DNA of 50,901 nucleotides from Candidatus Gastranaerophilales bacterium (lineage in GTDB: Bacteria; Cyanobacteriota; Vampirovibrionia; Gastranaerophilales; Gastranaerophilaceae). This document shows positions 1 through 9,136 of this stretch, in pieces. Within the stretch, counting starts at the first letter, position 1; the number at the start of each line of letters is the position of its first letter. The position numbers were made by a program, and so were the translations under genes. The stretch lies in assembly GCA_947587605.1 (NCBI GenBank), contig CANPYB010000001.1:1-50901 (forward strand), read 5' to 3'. The notes under the pieces are model-generated. The model saw nothing but the letters and a program-made list of their open reading frames with translations, did no database searches and had not been told where the DNA came from.

Positions 1-21
1 ATTATATAAGTAAGGCGAATT

Positions 22-597
22 ATGGCAAACGGTGTTTCATGTGCATTTTTTGCGGCAAGAAATATTGTAAACGGTACGAAAGAAAAAAATGTATTTAAAG
101 AAGGTATCGGAGTAGCTCAGACCATAAGGACGGCTGACGCTGCAGCTTCTGCTGCCGTAAAATCGGCATCGTTAAAAAAAGTTCTTTCCAGCAGCGCTAA
201 GTTTTGCAGGGCTATTTTATACCCTCTAATTTGGGTTTCTGCATTATTTAATACAATAAGATCAAAAGATAAGGTTAAAACTGGGGTTTCACAGTCGGCA
301 GCAATCGGCACTATGTACACTTTTGAAAAATTAGTTGATAAACATGTCATTCAAAATTTTGAGAAAAATCATGCCCCTGAATTAAAAGCAAATAAAAAAA
401 CGGCAATTTTATGGTATATAGCAAGAGGTTTAATATTTGCAGCTACTTCTATGACCGGCTATACTTTGGGTTCAACAATCGGAGGTGCTTCTGTCGATGT
501 AATTCGAGGCAAGTCTGATAATAAAAATGAGGATACATTTGTATCAATGCCAAAAGTTGAGAACGCCGAGGTCTTTGATGAAATACTATTAAAGTAG
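22..597 (+). CDS. hypothetical protein, no recognisable family
   Basis: 191-aa ORF with ATG at 22. It has hydrophobic segments but no motif I can name. Confidence 0.4.
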   Translation: MANGVSCAFFAARNIVNGTKEKNVFKEGIGVAQTIRTADAAASAAVKSASLKKVLSSSAKFCRAILYPLIWVSALFNTIRSKDKVKTGVSQSAAIGTMYTFEKLVDKHVIQNFEKNHAPELKANKKTAILWYIARGLIFAATSMTGYTLGSTIGGASVDVIRGKSDNKNEDTFVSMPKVENAEVFDEILLK

Positions 598-1506
598 TAT
601 CGCAAGTATCATTAAAAGAATACCGCCAAGCTGAGTCGCAGCCGCAAGGTTTTGCATTTTTCTGTTATTTTCGTATTTATAACTGTTTTTCTTTGCGTCA
701 TAGGCTACCATTATTCTTTGGAGTCTTGTTATATCAGTATCAGTCGCAAACGAACGCTTAAATAATTTTTGTTCAAGCCTGTTTAACCTGTTGGCGGTAT
801 TATCATTTGAATAATCGTTGTTTAATAAATCCTGTTCTAATACTGCCAGTTGGAAAGGAATTGAGTTGTCATTGACAGGTTCAAGCCCGCTGGTTCTGTA
901 GTAATTATCCATATCTTCGCTTGTGAAATCAGCACTTTTGGGCTGCCGTTTTGATGAATTTTTAGGACGGATTACGGCAGAGAGTTTATCTACCCTGTCA
1001 TTTAACGCTTCATCACTTGTTTTATTAAAGACCTGTTGCTCTAATCTGTTTAAACGTGTATATATATTTTCGTTTTTATATGTAGTTTTAAATAGTTCCT
1101 GCTCCATTTTGTCAACTATGGGATAGTCAACGGTTGCATCTTCTTTTACGCTCATTGCTTCACGCTCACGTGCTTTCTTTTCCTCTTTTTGAGCTTTTAT
1201 TTGCTGCTGTTTTTCTTGCTCAACTTGTTGAACAGCTTTTTCTTCCGCAGTTACATATCCTATATCATTCTGAATGTTTTCAAGACGCTTTGCGGTATTC
1301 CCGCTTCTTTTCGCCCCGTATAGGTATTCTTCTATTTTTTCCAATCTTTTTGTTTCATTTTCATTAGGATTGTCATAACCGAATATACTTGTTTCTATTG
1401 CGCTTAAATTCGGGTTAGGAGCTGCTTTTGCATTTTTGTGTCCTGCAGCAAGTCCTGCAGTTGGTATTATTAATATTAAAAGTATTGTTACTATCACTCG
1501 TTTCAT
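589..1506 (-). CDS. secreted/anchored coiled-coil repeat protein (hypothetical)
   Basis: N-terminal signal peptide MKRVIVTILLILIIPTAGLAAG and a C-terminal hydrophobic anchor. The motif xRLxRLEQxxF recurs (TRLNRLEQQVF, NRLNRLEQKLF, KRLEKIEEYLY). Confidence 0.5.
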   Translation of the reverse strand: MKRVIVTILLILIIPTAGLAAGHKNAKAAPNPNLSAIETSIFGYDNPNENETKRLEKIEEYLYGAKRSGNTAKRLENIQNDIGYVTAEEKAVQQVEQEKQQQIKAQKEEKKAREREAMSVKEDATVDYPIVDKMEQELFKTTYKNENIYTRLNRLEQQVFNKTSDEALNDRVDKLSAVIRPKNSSKRQPKSADFTSEDMDNYYRTSGLEPVNDNSIPFQLAVLEQDLLNNDYSNDNTANRLNRLEQKLFKRSFATDTDITRLQRIMVAYDAKKNSYKYENNRKMQNLAAATQLGGILLMILAILL

Positions 1507-1516
1507 AATTTTTTCT

Positions 1517-2092
1517 CTACACTGAGAATATATACCAGACTTTATTATTAAATGACATTATCCAATAAATTGCAAAAATTTCTGCAATGAATGGTAAAAT
1601 TATCAGCATAAAAGACCTTGCTAATGTTATTTTATATACTGCTCTAAGCGCTAAGACATATAAAATTATTATCCATAAGTATAACAAAAACTCAATTGAG
1701 GCTCCAAAAAAATAACCGATTTGTCCTATTGTTTTAACAAGCTCTAAAGGAGCAAAAAAGATATACGGAATTCCCGCAAATGCAGTAAAGAAAAGTATTT
1801 CTTTTAATTTTCCGCCCCTGTCAAATATTTTTGCTGTGTATTCAAAAAATAACCCGGTTAAGAACCACATTGAAATCGTTATTAAAACTGAAAACGGTAC
1901 GGTGAATAATAATGAATATGATATTTCACCTGTGAATACCGACGTTATAAGAGTCATAAAAGTCGAAAGAAATATAATGGTACCCGCAGCTAACCTCGTT
2001 GATGTTATTATATTTTCACTGTTAAAAAATTCTTTAGGTGAAAATATTACATTATATATGTTTTCAAAAAAATCGTTTATTGTTATTCCCAT
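1517..2092 (-). CDS. Yip1-family-like polytopic membrane protein
   Basis: 191 aa with about 5 TM segments. The N-terminus (NIYNVIFSPKEFF) resembles Yip1/DUF1282 proteins. Translationally coupled to sppA. Confidence 0.45.
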   Translation of the reverse strand: MGITINDFFENIYNVIFSPKEFFNSENIITSTRLAAGTIIFLSTFMTLITSVFTGEISYSLLFTVPFSVLITISMWFLTGLFFEYTAKIFDRGGKLKEILFFTAFAGIPYIFFAPLELVKTIGQIGYFFGASIEFLLYLWIIILYVLALRAVYKITLARSFMLIILPFIAEIFAIYWIMSFNNKVWYIFSV

Positions 2093-3075
2093 AAATACAG
2101 AGGCCTTTTACTTAATATCATACTTAATGGCATAAAATCAGTCAATTTTATGTTACTCTTAGCACCATATTCGCTTATATCCGAGAAATAATCTCCAAGA
2201 GTGGTTTTTCTGTTGTAATTAACTAATTTTGCTTTTAATTTATTATTAAATTTTTGCTGTGCCATTATTTCGATTACTGATTTTGCGGTATCCATATCAC
2301 CGATTATATCAACAAAACCGAGGGCTTTTGCTTTTTTACCCGTGAAAACTCTGCCGTCAGCGTAACGTTTTAGATTATCACTTGTAAGTTTGCTTGTTTC
2401 AATTTGATAATTATCATTTCTGTCAATCCTGCCGCGTTTTATTGCAGTTAAAAATTGGTAATACGAATCATTTATGACTTCTTGCATCATGTTTCGTTCT
2501 TCTTGAGTCATTTCGCGCATTCCGGAACCTATATCTTTAAATTTGCCGCTCTTTATTACGACGGGGTTTATTGCCAGTTTTTGCTGCAGTAGATTATGGT
2601 AATCCATAAAGGACATTATTACACCGATACTGCCCGTTAACGAACCCTCTTGAGCTATTATTCTGTCTGCAGCGCAGGCAATATAATATCCCCCGCTTGC
2701 AGCTACATCATCTATTGTAACAACAACGGGTTTTGTGTTCCTCAGCTTCATTATTTGATTATATATATTTTGAGACATTCCGACAGTTCCGCCGGGTGAA
2801 TTGATTTTTATTATTACACCCTTTATTTCATTATCTGTTTGAGCGCTGATAAGTGATTTTAATAAATTAGGTGCACTTTTTTCGTTAGAAAATAAACTTC
2901 CCTCTGATTCTGACGTAATTGCGCCTTCCAGTTCAATTACTCCTATTCTGTTTGCATTTGTAAGTATATTATCTTTTTCAAAATATGCTTCATATTTATC
3001 TGCTTTTATAAACCCTGCAATTAAGCATAAAATACATATAACAATTATCAATTTTGATACTAAAGATGCTTTCAT
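2083..3075 (-). CDS. sppA: signal peptide peptidase SppA, 36K type
   Basis: Motifs INSPGGTV, AASGGYYIACAADRIIA and IKSGKFKD, with an N-terminal TM anchor. Confidence 0.85.
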   Translation of the reverse strand: MKASLVSKLIIVICILCLIAGFIKADKYEAYFEKDNILTNANRIGVIELEGAITSESEGSLFSNEKSAPNLLKSLISAQTDNEIKGVIIKINSPGGTVGMSQNIYNQIMKLRNTKPVVVTIDDVAASGGYYIACAADRIIAQEGSLTGSIGVIMSFMDYHNLLQQKLAINPVVIKSGKFKDIGSGMREMTQEERNMMQEVINDSYYQFLTAIKRGRIDRNDNYQIETSKLTSDNLKRYADGRVFTGKKAKALGFVDIIGDMDTAKSVIEIMAQQKFNNKLKAKLVNYNRKTTLGDYFSDISEYGAKSNIKLTDFMPLSMILSKRPLYLWE

Positions 3076-4562
3076 TATTTATTTTTCTCCGATATTTCTT
3101 TTATTGCATTATCAAGTATATCTATCATTACATTTTTATAGTGAATTGCCTGTTTTTTCTTTTTCGCTTCAAATCTTAGAGTGAAAACAGGTTCTGTATT
3201 GCTTTGTCTTATGAGTGCAAACCCGTCGGGGAATATTATTCTGAGCCCGTCAAGTGTTACAATGTCAGTTATTTCGCTGTCAAAAATATTATGGTCTTTT
3301 TTAATTTCTGCTTGTACTTTTTTTAATACTTCTTTTTTATATTCATTTTTGCAGGAATATCTGACTTCATCCAGTGTGCATACTTTATCAAACGGAGTTA
3401 AAAGCTGAGATAATTTAAAATCTTTATTGTTCTTTTTATTTTTAGCAACGATTTCAATAATTCTGCAGCCTGCATATATTGCGTCGTCAAATCCGTAATA
3501 TCTGTCTTTAAAAAACATGTGCCCCGACATTTCACCTGCTAAAATTGCATTAACTTCTTTCATTTTAGACTTAATATACCCATGACCTGTCTTCGCCATG
3601 ACGGCTATTCCGCCTTGCGCATTTATTTCATCAAATAAAACTTGGGAGCATTTAACTTCCGAAACAATAACAGGCTTTTCTCCGCGTATAACAAGGTTTT
3701 TAATTATATCTTGAGCATAAATGTAAAGTAATTTATCTCCGGTAAGCGCATTGCCGTCAGAGTCTATTACACCAAGCCTGTCAGAGTCGCCGTCAAATGC
3801 AATGCCTAAATCGGCATTTGTTTCTTTAACTTTATTTTTAATGTCTTCCAAAGTGCTTAAATCACTCGGGTTAGGGTGGTGATTAGGAAAATCACCGTCG
3901 GGTTCAGAGTATAATTCAACCACTTCACAGCCTAAATCTCTGTATAATTTTGGTGCAACAACACCTGCAGTGCCGTTAGCACTGTCTATTACTACTTTTA
4001 TACCCTCTCCAATTCGTGCAAATTTCGTTACCATAGAATCTATGTACTGAGGGATAATATTATATAATCGGCTTTCACCGTGTTTTACCGATGTAATATC
4101 ATTTGACATTTGTTCATGAGTATATTCTTTGACTTTTTTTATTTCATTTTCATCTAAAGAAACTTTGTTATAAGTCATTTTTAAACCGTTATATTCGGGC
4201 GGATTATGGCTGGCGGTAACAATCAAAGCGGCGCTTATTTTAATGTTTTCACTGATATTTTCGGGATAGGATGTAAATTCAGAATAATATCCTAACGGAG
4301 TCGGAACTAAATCAAGATTTATGACATTAGCCCCCATGTGAACAATCCCTTTTGCAAGAATTTTTGCCAGTGATTCCGAATGTTTACGAGCGTCTTTTGA
4401 TATGGTAATCCAAATATCTTTAGGTTTTAAACCCGATTTTTTTTGTATATAATTAACAAATCCTTTACCTGTATAATAGAACAATTCTTCTGTGATATCT
4501 TCGCCGTATACACCTCTTATATCATTTTTTCCGAATGCTTCTAAGTTTAATATTTTTGTCAT
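3075..4562 (-). CDS. phosphoglucomutase/phosphomannomutase family protein
   Basis: Active-site TASHNPPEYNGLK, metal loop FDGDSDRLG, sugar loop GEMSGH. Its TAA overlaps the sppA ATG by 1 nt. Confidence 0.9.
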   Translation of the reverse strand: MTKILNLEAFGKNDIRGVYGEDITEELFYYTGKGFVNYIQKKSGLKPKDIWITISKDARKHSESLAKILAKGIVHMGANVINLDLVPTPLGYYSEFTSYPENISENIKISAALIVTASHNPPEYNGLKMTYNKVSLDENEIKKVKEYTHEQMSNDITSVKHGESRLYNIIPQYIDSMVTKFARIGEGIKVVIDSANGTAGVVAPKLYRDLGCEVVELYSEPDGDFPNHHPNPSDLSTLEDIKNKVKETNADLGIAFDGDSDRLGVIDSDGNALTGDKLLYIYAQDIIKNLVIRGEKPVIVSEVKCSQVLFDEINAQGGIAVMAKTGHGYIKSKMKEVNAILAGEMSGHMFFKDRYYGFDDAIYAGCRIIEIVAKNKKNNKDFKLSQLLTPFDKVCTLDEVRYSCKNEYKKEVLKKVQAEIKKDHNIFDSEITDIVTLDGLRIIFPDGFALIRQSNTEPVFTLRFEAKKKKQAIHYKNVMIDILDNAIKEISEKNK

Positions 4563-4641
4563 TATTTTTGTTCTGCTCCGAATTTTATTGTATATTTATT
4601 AAGTATTATTCTTACTTAATTTATTATAAGCTAAAGTAATT

Positions 4642-5511
4642 ATGAAAAATAGATTTTTACAAAAAAATTTACTTGCATTTTTTCTGCTGCCCTCGATAGC
4701 AGGGTGTTTAATATTTATTTTTCTTCCCTCTATCGGTTCTTTTATGTTAAGTTTTTGTGATTGGAATTTAATAAATAAAATAAAGTTTGCGGGTGTTGAT
4801 AATTATATAAATTTATTAACCTCCTGGGAATTTAAACTGATATTTAAAAATACAATAGTATATGCACTATGTGTAACATTATTTTCGGCAATAATTCCGT
4901 TGATTTTGGCATCAATAATAAATTCTAAAATAAGGAACAGCGAATTTTTCAAGACAGCATATTTTTTACCTTTTATAACCCCGATGATAGTAATTGCAAT
5001 GGTATGGCAATGGATTTTTGACCCGAATATCGGCGCGGTCAATACAATATTCAAGATAAATATCCAGTGGTTGTATGACGCACAAACAGCCCTGCCTGTT
5101 TTAATACTGATATCAGTTTGGAAATTAATCGGATATAATATGGTGATATACTTATCGGGATTTTCTGCAATCAGTTCGCAGGTATATGAAGCGGCGAAAA
5201 TTGACGGAGCTTCGCCTGTAAGGACTTTTTTATGTATAACACTTCCGATGCTGAGTCCGACAATCTTTTTTGTGCTGATAATAACGACAATAAGTTCATT
5301 TCAAATATTTGATTTAATATATCTGATGACGCAGGGCGGACCCGAGAATTCAACGAATGTAATTGTATACTGGATATACAAAAATGCGTTTGAAACATTT
5401 GAAATCGGCAAAGCCTCAGCGGGTGCATACATATTGTTTTTGATTATACTTATTCTGACAATGATACAATGGAAACTGAGAACAAAATGGGTGTTAAATG
5501 AACACGATTAA
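4642..5511 (+). CDS. carbohydrate ABC transporter permease (MalF/UgpA type)
   Basis: 6 TM segments and the EAA-loop region YEAAKIDGASPVRTFLCITLPMLSP. Confidence 0.8.
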   Translation: MKNRFLQKNLLAFFLLPSIAGCLIFIFLPSIGSFMLSFCDWNLINKIKFAGVDNYINLLTSWEFKLIFKNTIVYALCVTLFSAIIPLILASIINSKIRNSEFFKTAYFLPFITPMIVIAMVWQWIFDPNIGAVNTIFKINIQWLYDAQTALPVLILISVWKLIGYNMVIYLSGFSAISSQVYEAAKIDGASPVRTFLCITLPMLSPTIFFVLIITTISSFQIFDLIYLMTQGGPENSTNVIVYWIYKNAFETFEIGKASAGAYILFLIILILTMIQWKLRTKWVLNEHD

Positions 5512-5753
5512 ACCAGAACTGAAAGTAATTGTTTTTGCGGAGTAGGTATTCCGTTGTAAGTTTTATCAATAACTGTTTTAATTTTTTCAGTTTCCTTATC
5601 AACTTTAGGGTTAAAAAGTTTAGCTATTTTATGGAAAATAGAAGTATCAGCGGCAGCATAAATATATGCTTTTTCGTATTCCGGATAAGGAACAGCCGTA
5701 TGTTTAAAACTTTGAGTTTTATAAGTTATATTATTAATAGGATTTATTCTCAT
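5508..5753 (-). CDS. hypothetical small protein
   Basis: 81-aa ORF convergent with the permease, with stop codons overlapping in ttaa. No recognisable motif. Confidence 0.35.
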   Translation of the reverse strand: MRINPINNITYKTQSFKHTAVPYPEYEKAYIYAAADTSIFHKIAKLFNPKVDKETEKIKTVIDKTYNGIPTPQKQLLSVLV

Positions 5754-6041
5754 TGTGACCTCTCTGTTAAAGTGTTTTAATTACACTTTATTTTATATAT
5801 TCATTATGAATTAGAAAAAATATTTTGTCAATACTTTAGATTTTATATTTCTTAACAAATAAAAAATCAAGATATTAGTGCGATTAAGCATTAAGTGTAT
5901 TATAAGCACTTAATAAATAAAAAAATATTAGCCGATAGATTTATTTTTTTTAGCCCAAGTGGTGAATTGTATAATGACCATTTATTTCGTTATATATAAG
6001 TATCTTTTTCATACTTCCAACTATTCTTAATTCCAGACAGT

Positions 6042-6066
6042 AGGGCAATATTGCCCTCTTTTTTTT
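6042..6066 (+). terminator. rho-independent terminator, plus-strand orientation, with no annotated gene upstream
   Basis: Perfect 16-nt palindrome agggcaatattgccct followed by cttttttttg. On the minus strand no U-tract follows the stem. Confidence 0.5.
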
Positions 6067-6196
6067 GCGAATTTCGCGTAGGCTGAAAGCCGAAGAACGT
6101 AAGAGCCGAAGTGACGACAACGAAGTGGAGGAACGACAGGCTCAAAGTGAGCGAAATTTAAGAAGCGAATTTCGCGCAGGCTGAAAGCCGAAGAAC
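6067..6196. repeat. G+C-rich pair of 32-bp direct repeats (6067-6098 and 6165-6196)
   Basis: gcgaatttcgcg[t/c]aggctgaaagccgaagaac occurs twice with 1 mismatch and a 98-bp period. The block is visibly more G+C-rich than its flanks. Confidence 0.6.
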
Positions 6197-6200
6197 TTTC

Positions 6201-6764
6201 TTAATTATACTTATTCTGAACTTTAATAATATCACTTGTATCACAGTAATATAAAAACGCTTCTACGCATTTTGTTATTGTTTCATTTAATATTTTAAAT
6301 TCATCATCATTAAAATTTTGCAAAACGTAATCTTCCGATTTCATATATGGCGGTTGAGGACCTATTCCGATTTTTAATCTGTTAAAAGTATCAGTGCCTG
6401 CATTCTTAATTATTGATTTTATACCGTTATGTCCGCCGTCTGAACCTTTTGGTCTTATTCTGATTTTTCCGATATCCAAAGATATATCATCATACACTAC
6501 AAACAAATCTTTAATATCTGTTTTATAAAAGTTATTTATTGCAAGGAGTGCTTCACCTGATAAATTCATAAATGTTTGAGGTTTAACAATCCAAAGAGCT
6601 TCATCTTTATATATTCCTTTTGCGATTTCGGATTTGAATTTATTTTCCTGTTTAAATTCGGCACTTATAGTTTGCGCAAGTTTATCTGCGAACATAAATC
6701 CTGCATTATGTCTTGTCTTTGAATATTTTAATCCCGGATTTCCCAAACATATAATTAATTTCAT
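6201..6764 (-). CDS. pth: peptidyl-tRNA hydrolase
   Basis: MKLIICLGNPGLKYSKTRHNAGF and GHNGIKS motifs; 187 aa. Confidence 0.9.
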   Translation of the reverse strand: MKLIICLGNPGLKYSKTRHNAGFMFADKLAQTISAEFKQENKFKSEIAKGIYKDEALWIVKPQTFMNLSGEALLAINNFYKTDIKDLFVVYDDISLDIGKIRIRPKGSDGGHNGIKSIIKNAGTDTFNRLKIGIGPQPPYMKSEDYVLQNFNDDEFKILNETITKCVEAFLYYCDTSDIIKVQNKYN

Positions 6765-6870
6765 TGCATGCCTATCCCTTTTTTAAAAATTATCCCACAT
6801 TTTTATTCTACTTACCAATTAAAAAGTTAAAGTTATGACTGATTATTAAATAAAAATAGGGAGATTTAAG

Positions 6871-7446
6871 ATGGCAAATAAAAAAGATACGCTAATGACA
6901 ATGAAAAGCAGTGAAATGCTTTATAATTTTCTTGAGAATACAAATTTACATAAAAAAGATTTTGCTCAAATGATAGGTGTAACGCTTTCTTATGTTTACA
7001 ATTTAATTGATGAAACAATACCTTTTTCAACACGAAGCACGACTTTAGAACGTATAGCGACAGTAATGGATATATCACCCGAGGAATTCAGCGAATATAA
7101 AATTCCACAAGATCCTATAATAGTTGATGAGACGACAGAGTTTATAAGAGAAAAGCAAAAAGAAAAAAAGATGTCTACGGTTCAATTTTTAAAATCATTT
7201 CCGAGGAAACAAAGGTTAACTATCGTTGATATACTTAGAGGTGCAAGACCAATACCTTTAGATTGGGAGGATATAAGTTTAATAGCACAGGTTCTTGATG
7301 TATCAAAAGAGGAAATGTATGACTTTTGGGAAATGAGATTAAAGCAGGTGCTTCAAGCAGGCGGATTTAACTTTGAAAATAATCAAGGACTCGGGCTTGC
7401 AATGTTTGAATGTGCAAGAAATTACATATATAAAAATTCCAAGTAA
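6871..7446 (+). CDS. XRE-family helix-turn-helix protein
   Basis: HTH segment KKDFAQMIGVTLSYVYNLI. RBS gggag lies upstream of the ATG. Confidence 0.55.
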   Translation: MANKKDTLMTMKSSEMLYNFLENTNLHKKDFAQMIGVTLSYVYNLIDETIPFSTRSTTLERIATVMDISPEEFSEYKIPQDPIIVDETTEFIREKQKEKKMSTVQFLKSFPRKQRLTIVDILRGARPIPLDWEDISLIAQVLDVSKEEMYDFWEMRLKQVLQAGGFNFENNQGLGLAMFECARNYIYKNSK

Positions 7447-7448
7447 CT

Positions 7449-8270
7449 TTAGACTTTAACTTCACTAACGGTGATTTCAACATCTTTAGGTGATTTATAA
7501 GAATTTTCGTCATAATTAATCTTAATTAGTTGATAAGAGTGAGGTATATCCTTAAACGCAGGTGCACTGATATGCCTTACTCCGTTGTCATCCTTTTGTA
7601 CCAAAGATTGATGATAATGCCCTGTTGAAACCATAAGTATATTATTATATTTTTTTAACAGATTTTTATATTTATCCGCGTTAATCATAGATAGTTTATA
7701 TTCGTCACGAGGCGGCATGATGGGGCAGTGATGGAATATAATAAATAATTTTCTTGGGTATTTTATTAAAAGTTTTTCAAGCCAATCAAGTTGTTCCTGC
7801 GGAATTTCTCCGTGTTTTGATTGCGCAAAATCCGAGGTGTCGTCAAGCACAACGCAAACAAAATCGCTGTTAGGCTTAAAATAATAATATTTTTTCTTAT
7901 CATCTTGATTTTTATTAAACGCGGAAACGATATCAAGATAAATAGATTTTTCAAGTCCGGCAAATTCGTGAGCATCTGTATCACCAAAAGCAAGATAGTA
8001 AGGCTCTCTTATGGGGTATACCGCCCGCATAAAGCCGATAACGTCTTCTTCTTTTGAACGGTTAACATTATCACCGAGAAAAATGACAAATTCGGGTGAC
8101 TTTTTTTTAAGCGAAAGTGCCAAAAAATATAAATTTCTATCTAAATCTTCGTTTTCTAAAGTGTAGTGAACATCTCCGACTTGAGCGAACTCAAGTGTTT
8201 GCGCATAAGAACAGTGCATTAACATTAATGCCGAAAAAACGAGTAATAATCTTACAATAAATCTATTCAT
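7449..8270 (-). CDS. secreted metallophosphoesterase (calcineurin-like)
   Basis: Motifs GDVHY, FLGDNV, IFHHCP and GHYH. I chose the internal start MNRF (8270) because it gives a signal peptide and an ATGAATAG overlap with the upstream stop. The track ORF extends to 8303. Confidence 0.8.
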   Translation of the reverse strand: MNRFIVRLLLVFSALMLMHCSYAQTLEFAQVGDVHYTLENEDLDRNLYFLALSLKKKSPEFVIFLGDNVNRSKEEDVIGFMRAVYPIREPYYLAFGDTDAHEFAGLEKSIYLDIVSAFNKNQDDKKKYYYFKPNSDFVCVVLDDTSDFAQSKHGEIPQEQLDWLEKLLIKYPRKLFIIFHHCPIMPPRDEYKLSMINADKYKNLLKKYNNILMVSTGHYHQSLVQKDDNGVRHISAPAFKDIPHSYQLIKINYDENSYKSPKDVEITVSEVKV

Positions 8271-8502
8271 TTTTACATCTTTTCTGTATGAATTTTTGAA
8301 CAATTAATGCCTGTTTTAAGTCATTTTCATTGATAACTTTCATAGAAACTAATATTTCCCCGAAAGGCATTTTTTGAAACCTCTGTATATCAAGAACCAT
8401 GGAAAGGTGCATTAAATTAATCTTGCCGGATTCCAATAAAATTTCACCCAGTCTAAGATATGAAACATCTGACCAATCATCAATATTATACAGATTCTTC
8501 AT
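8263..8502 (-). CDS. stand-alone MshEN/T2SSE_N-like domain protein (candidate c-di-GMP binder)
   Basis: RLGEILLESGKINLMHLSMVLDIQ, then RFQKM, then PFGEILVSMKVINENDLKQALIVQ. This is two 24-residue motifs with a 5-residue spacer. Confidence 0.55.
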   Translation of the reverse strand: MKNLYNIDDWSDVSYLRLGEILLESGKINLMHLSMVLDIQRFQKMPFGEILVSMKVINENDLKQALIVQKFIQKRCKNE

Positions 8503-8540
8503 ACTGTAATTATAGTAAAAATAAAAGATTTAATCAAATA

Positions 8541-8831
8541 TTAAGCCATAATATCAAGACGGTTTGCCAGAGTTGGGCTTTGCATATTAGGTGATAATTC
8601 ACCGTTAATTTTGCCTATTCTGCTTATAACATCAGAGCCTGCATTGACGTTAGAAGCGCCGGCACTTTGTGTCGGAGTAGCAAATATGCCTCTGTCAATT
8701 CCGGAAACGCTCTCGGTACCGGGATAACCTTTGTATGCGGAGCTATTTCCGCCAAAACGATCAACCCCTTGTGAGCCTGATGTAAGTCCGCCGAAATATT
8801 GATTTTTGAAATCTAAAGGACTAATAGCCAT
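8541..8831 (-). CDS. hypothetical Gly/Ser-rich small protein
   Basis: 96-aa ORF heading the minus-strand 8831-7449 gene string. No recognisable family. Confidence 0.4.
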   Translation of the reverse strand: MAISPLDFKNQYFGGLTSGSQGVDRFGGNSSAYKGYPGTESVSGIDRGIFATPTQSAGASNVNAGSDVISRIGKINGELSPNMQSPTLANRLDIMA

Positions 8832-8966
8832 AATACATGTTTCTCCTAGTTACTTATATAAAGTATAAAAATATGTAAAAATTGCTTGATTTTTAAATAA
8901 ATTTACAATTGTAACAATTAAAAAAATATTGAAATAAAAAATTTATATGATTTAATAAACATATAA

Positions 8967-9040
<74 letters not shown>

Positions 9041-9136
9041 TTTTTTGTGTTTATTATTTACAATCGTAACATTTACTTTTATTTTGAGCAATTTTATTTT
9101 TTTACCTTCTTTATTTTCTGCATAGAAAGGAAAAAT

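Noticed and set aside
117-350. Short antisense or overlapping ORFs in the six-frame track. Examples: 117-350, 923-1126, 1134-1367, 1836-2135, 3181-3408, 4803-5054, 5171-5428, 5529-5780, 6866-7078, 7766-8057, 10805-11002, 12529-12741, 14943-15164, 15295-15528, 16079-16550, 17161-17984, 18818-19147, 21573-21920, 22555-22737, 25300-25488, 26130-26318, 26885-27082, 27745-28217, 28534-28797, 30207-30509, 33480-34011, 35542-35969, 40334-40552, 42254-42439, 43502-45665, 45898-46080, 47844-48059, 48846-49064, 49369-49890.
   Set aside because: Each lies wholly inside, or antisense to, a longer ORF with clear family motifs. They show low-complexity composition typical of shadow ORFs in AT-rich DNA.
6067-6196. 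Possible minimal CRISPR array (two 32-bp repeats)
   Set aside because: There are only two repeats, the 66-bp spacer is about twice normal length, and the spacer shares submotifs with the repeats. No cas genes are in the window.
8101-8108. Poly-A/T runs of 8-9 nt in coding regions as phase-variation sites
   Set aside because: Such runs are frequent throughout this AT-rich window in housekeeping genes, so they are not distinctive, unlike the poly-G tracts.
9047-9136. N-terminal extension of the HExxH protein (track ORF starts at 9047)
   Set aside because: The extension starts with a non-ATG codon 6 nt after the tRNA and is Phe/Tyr/Ile-rich junk. A good ATG with a purine-rich RBS is at 9137.
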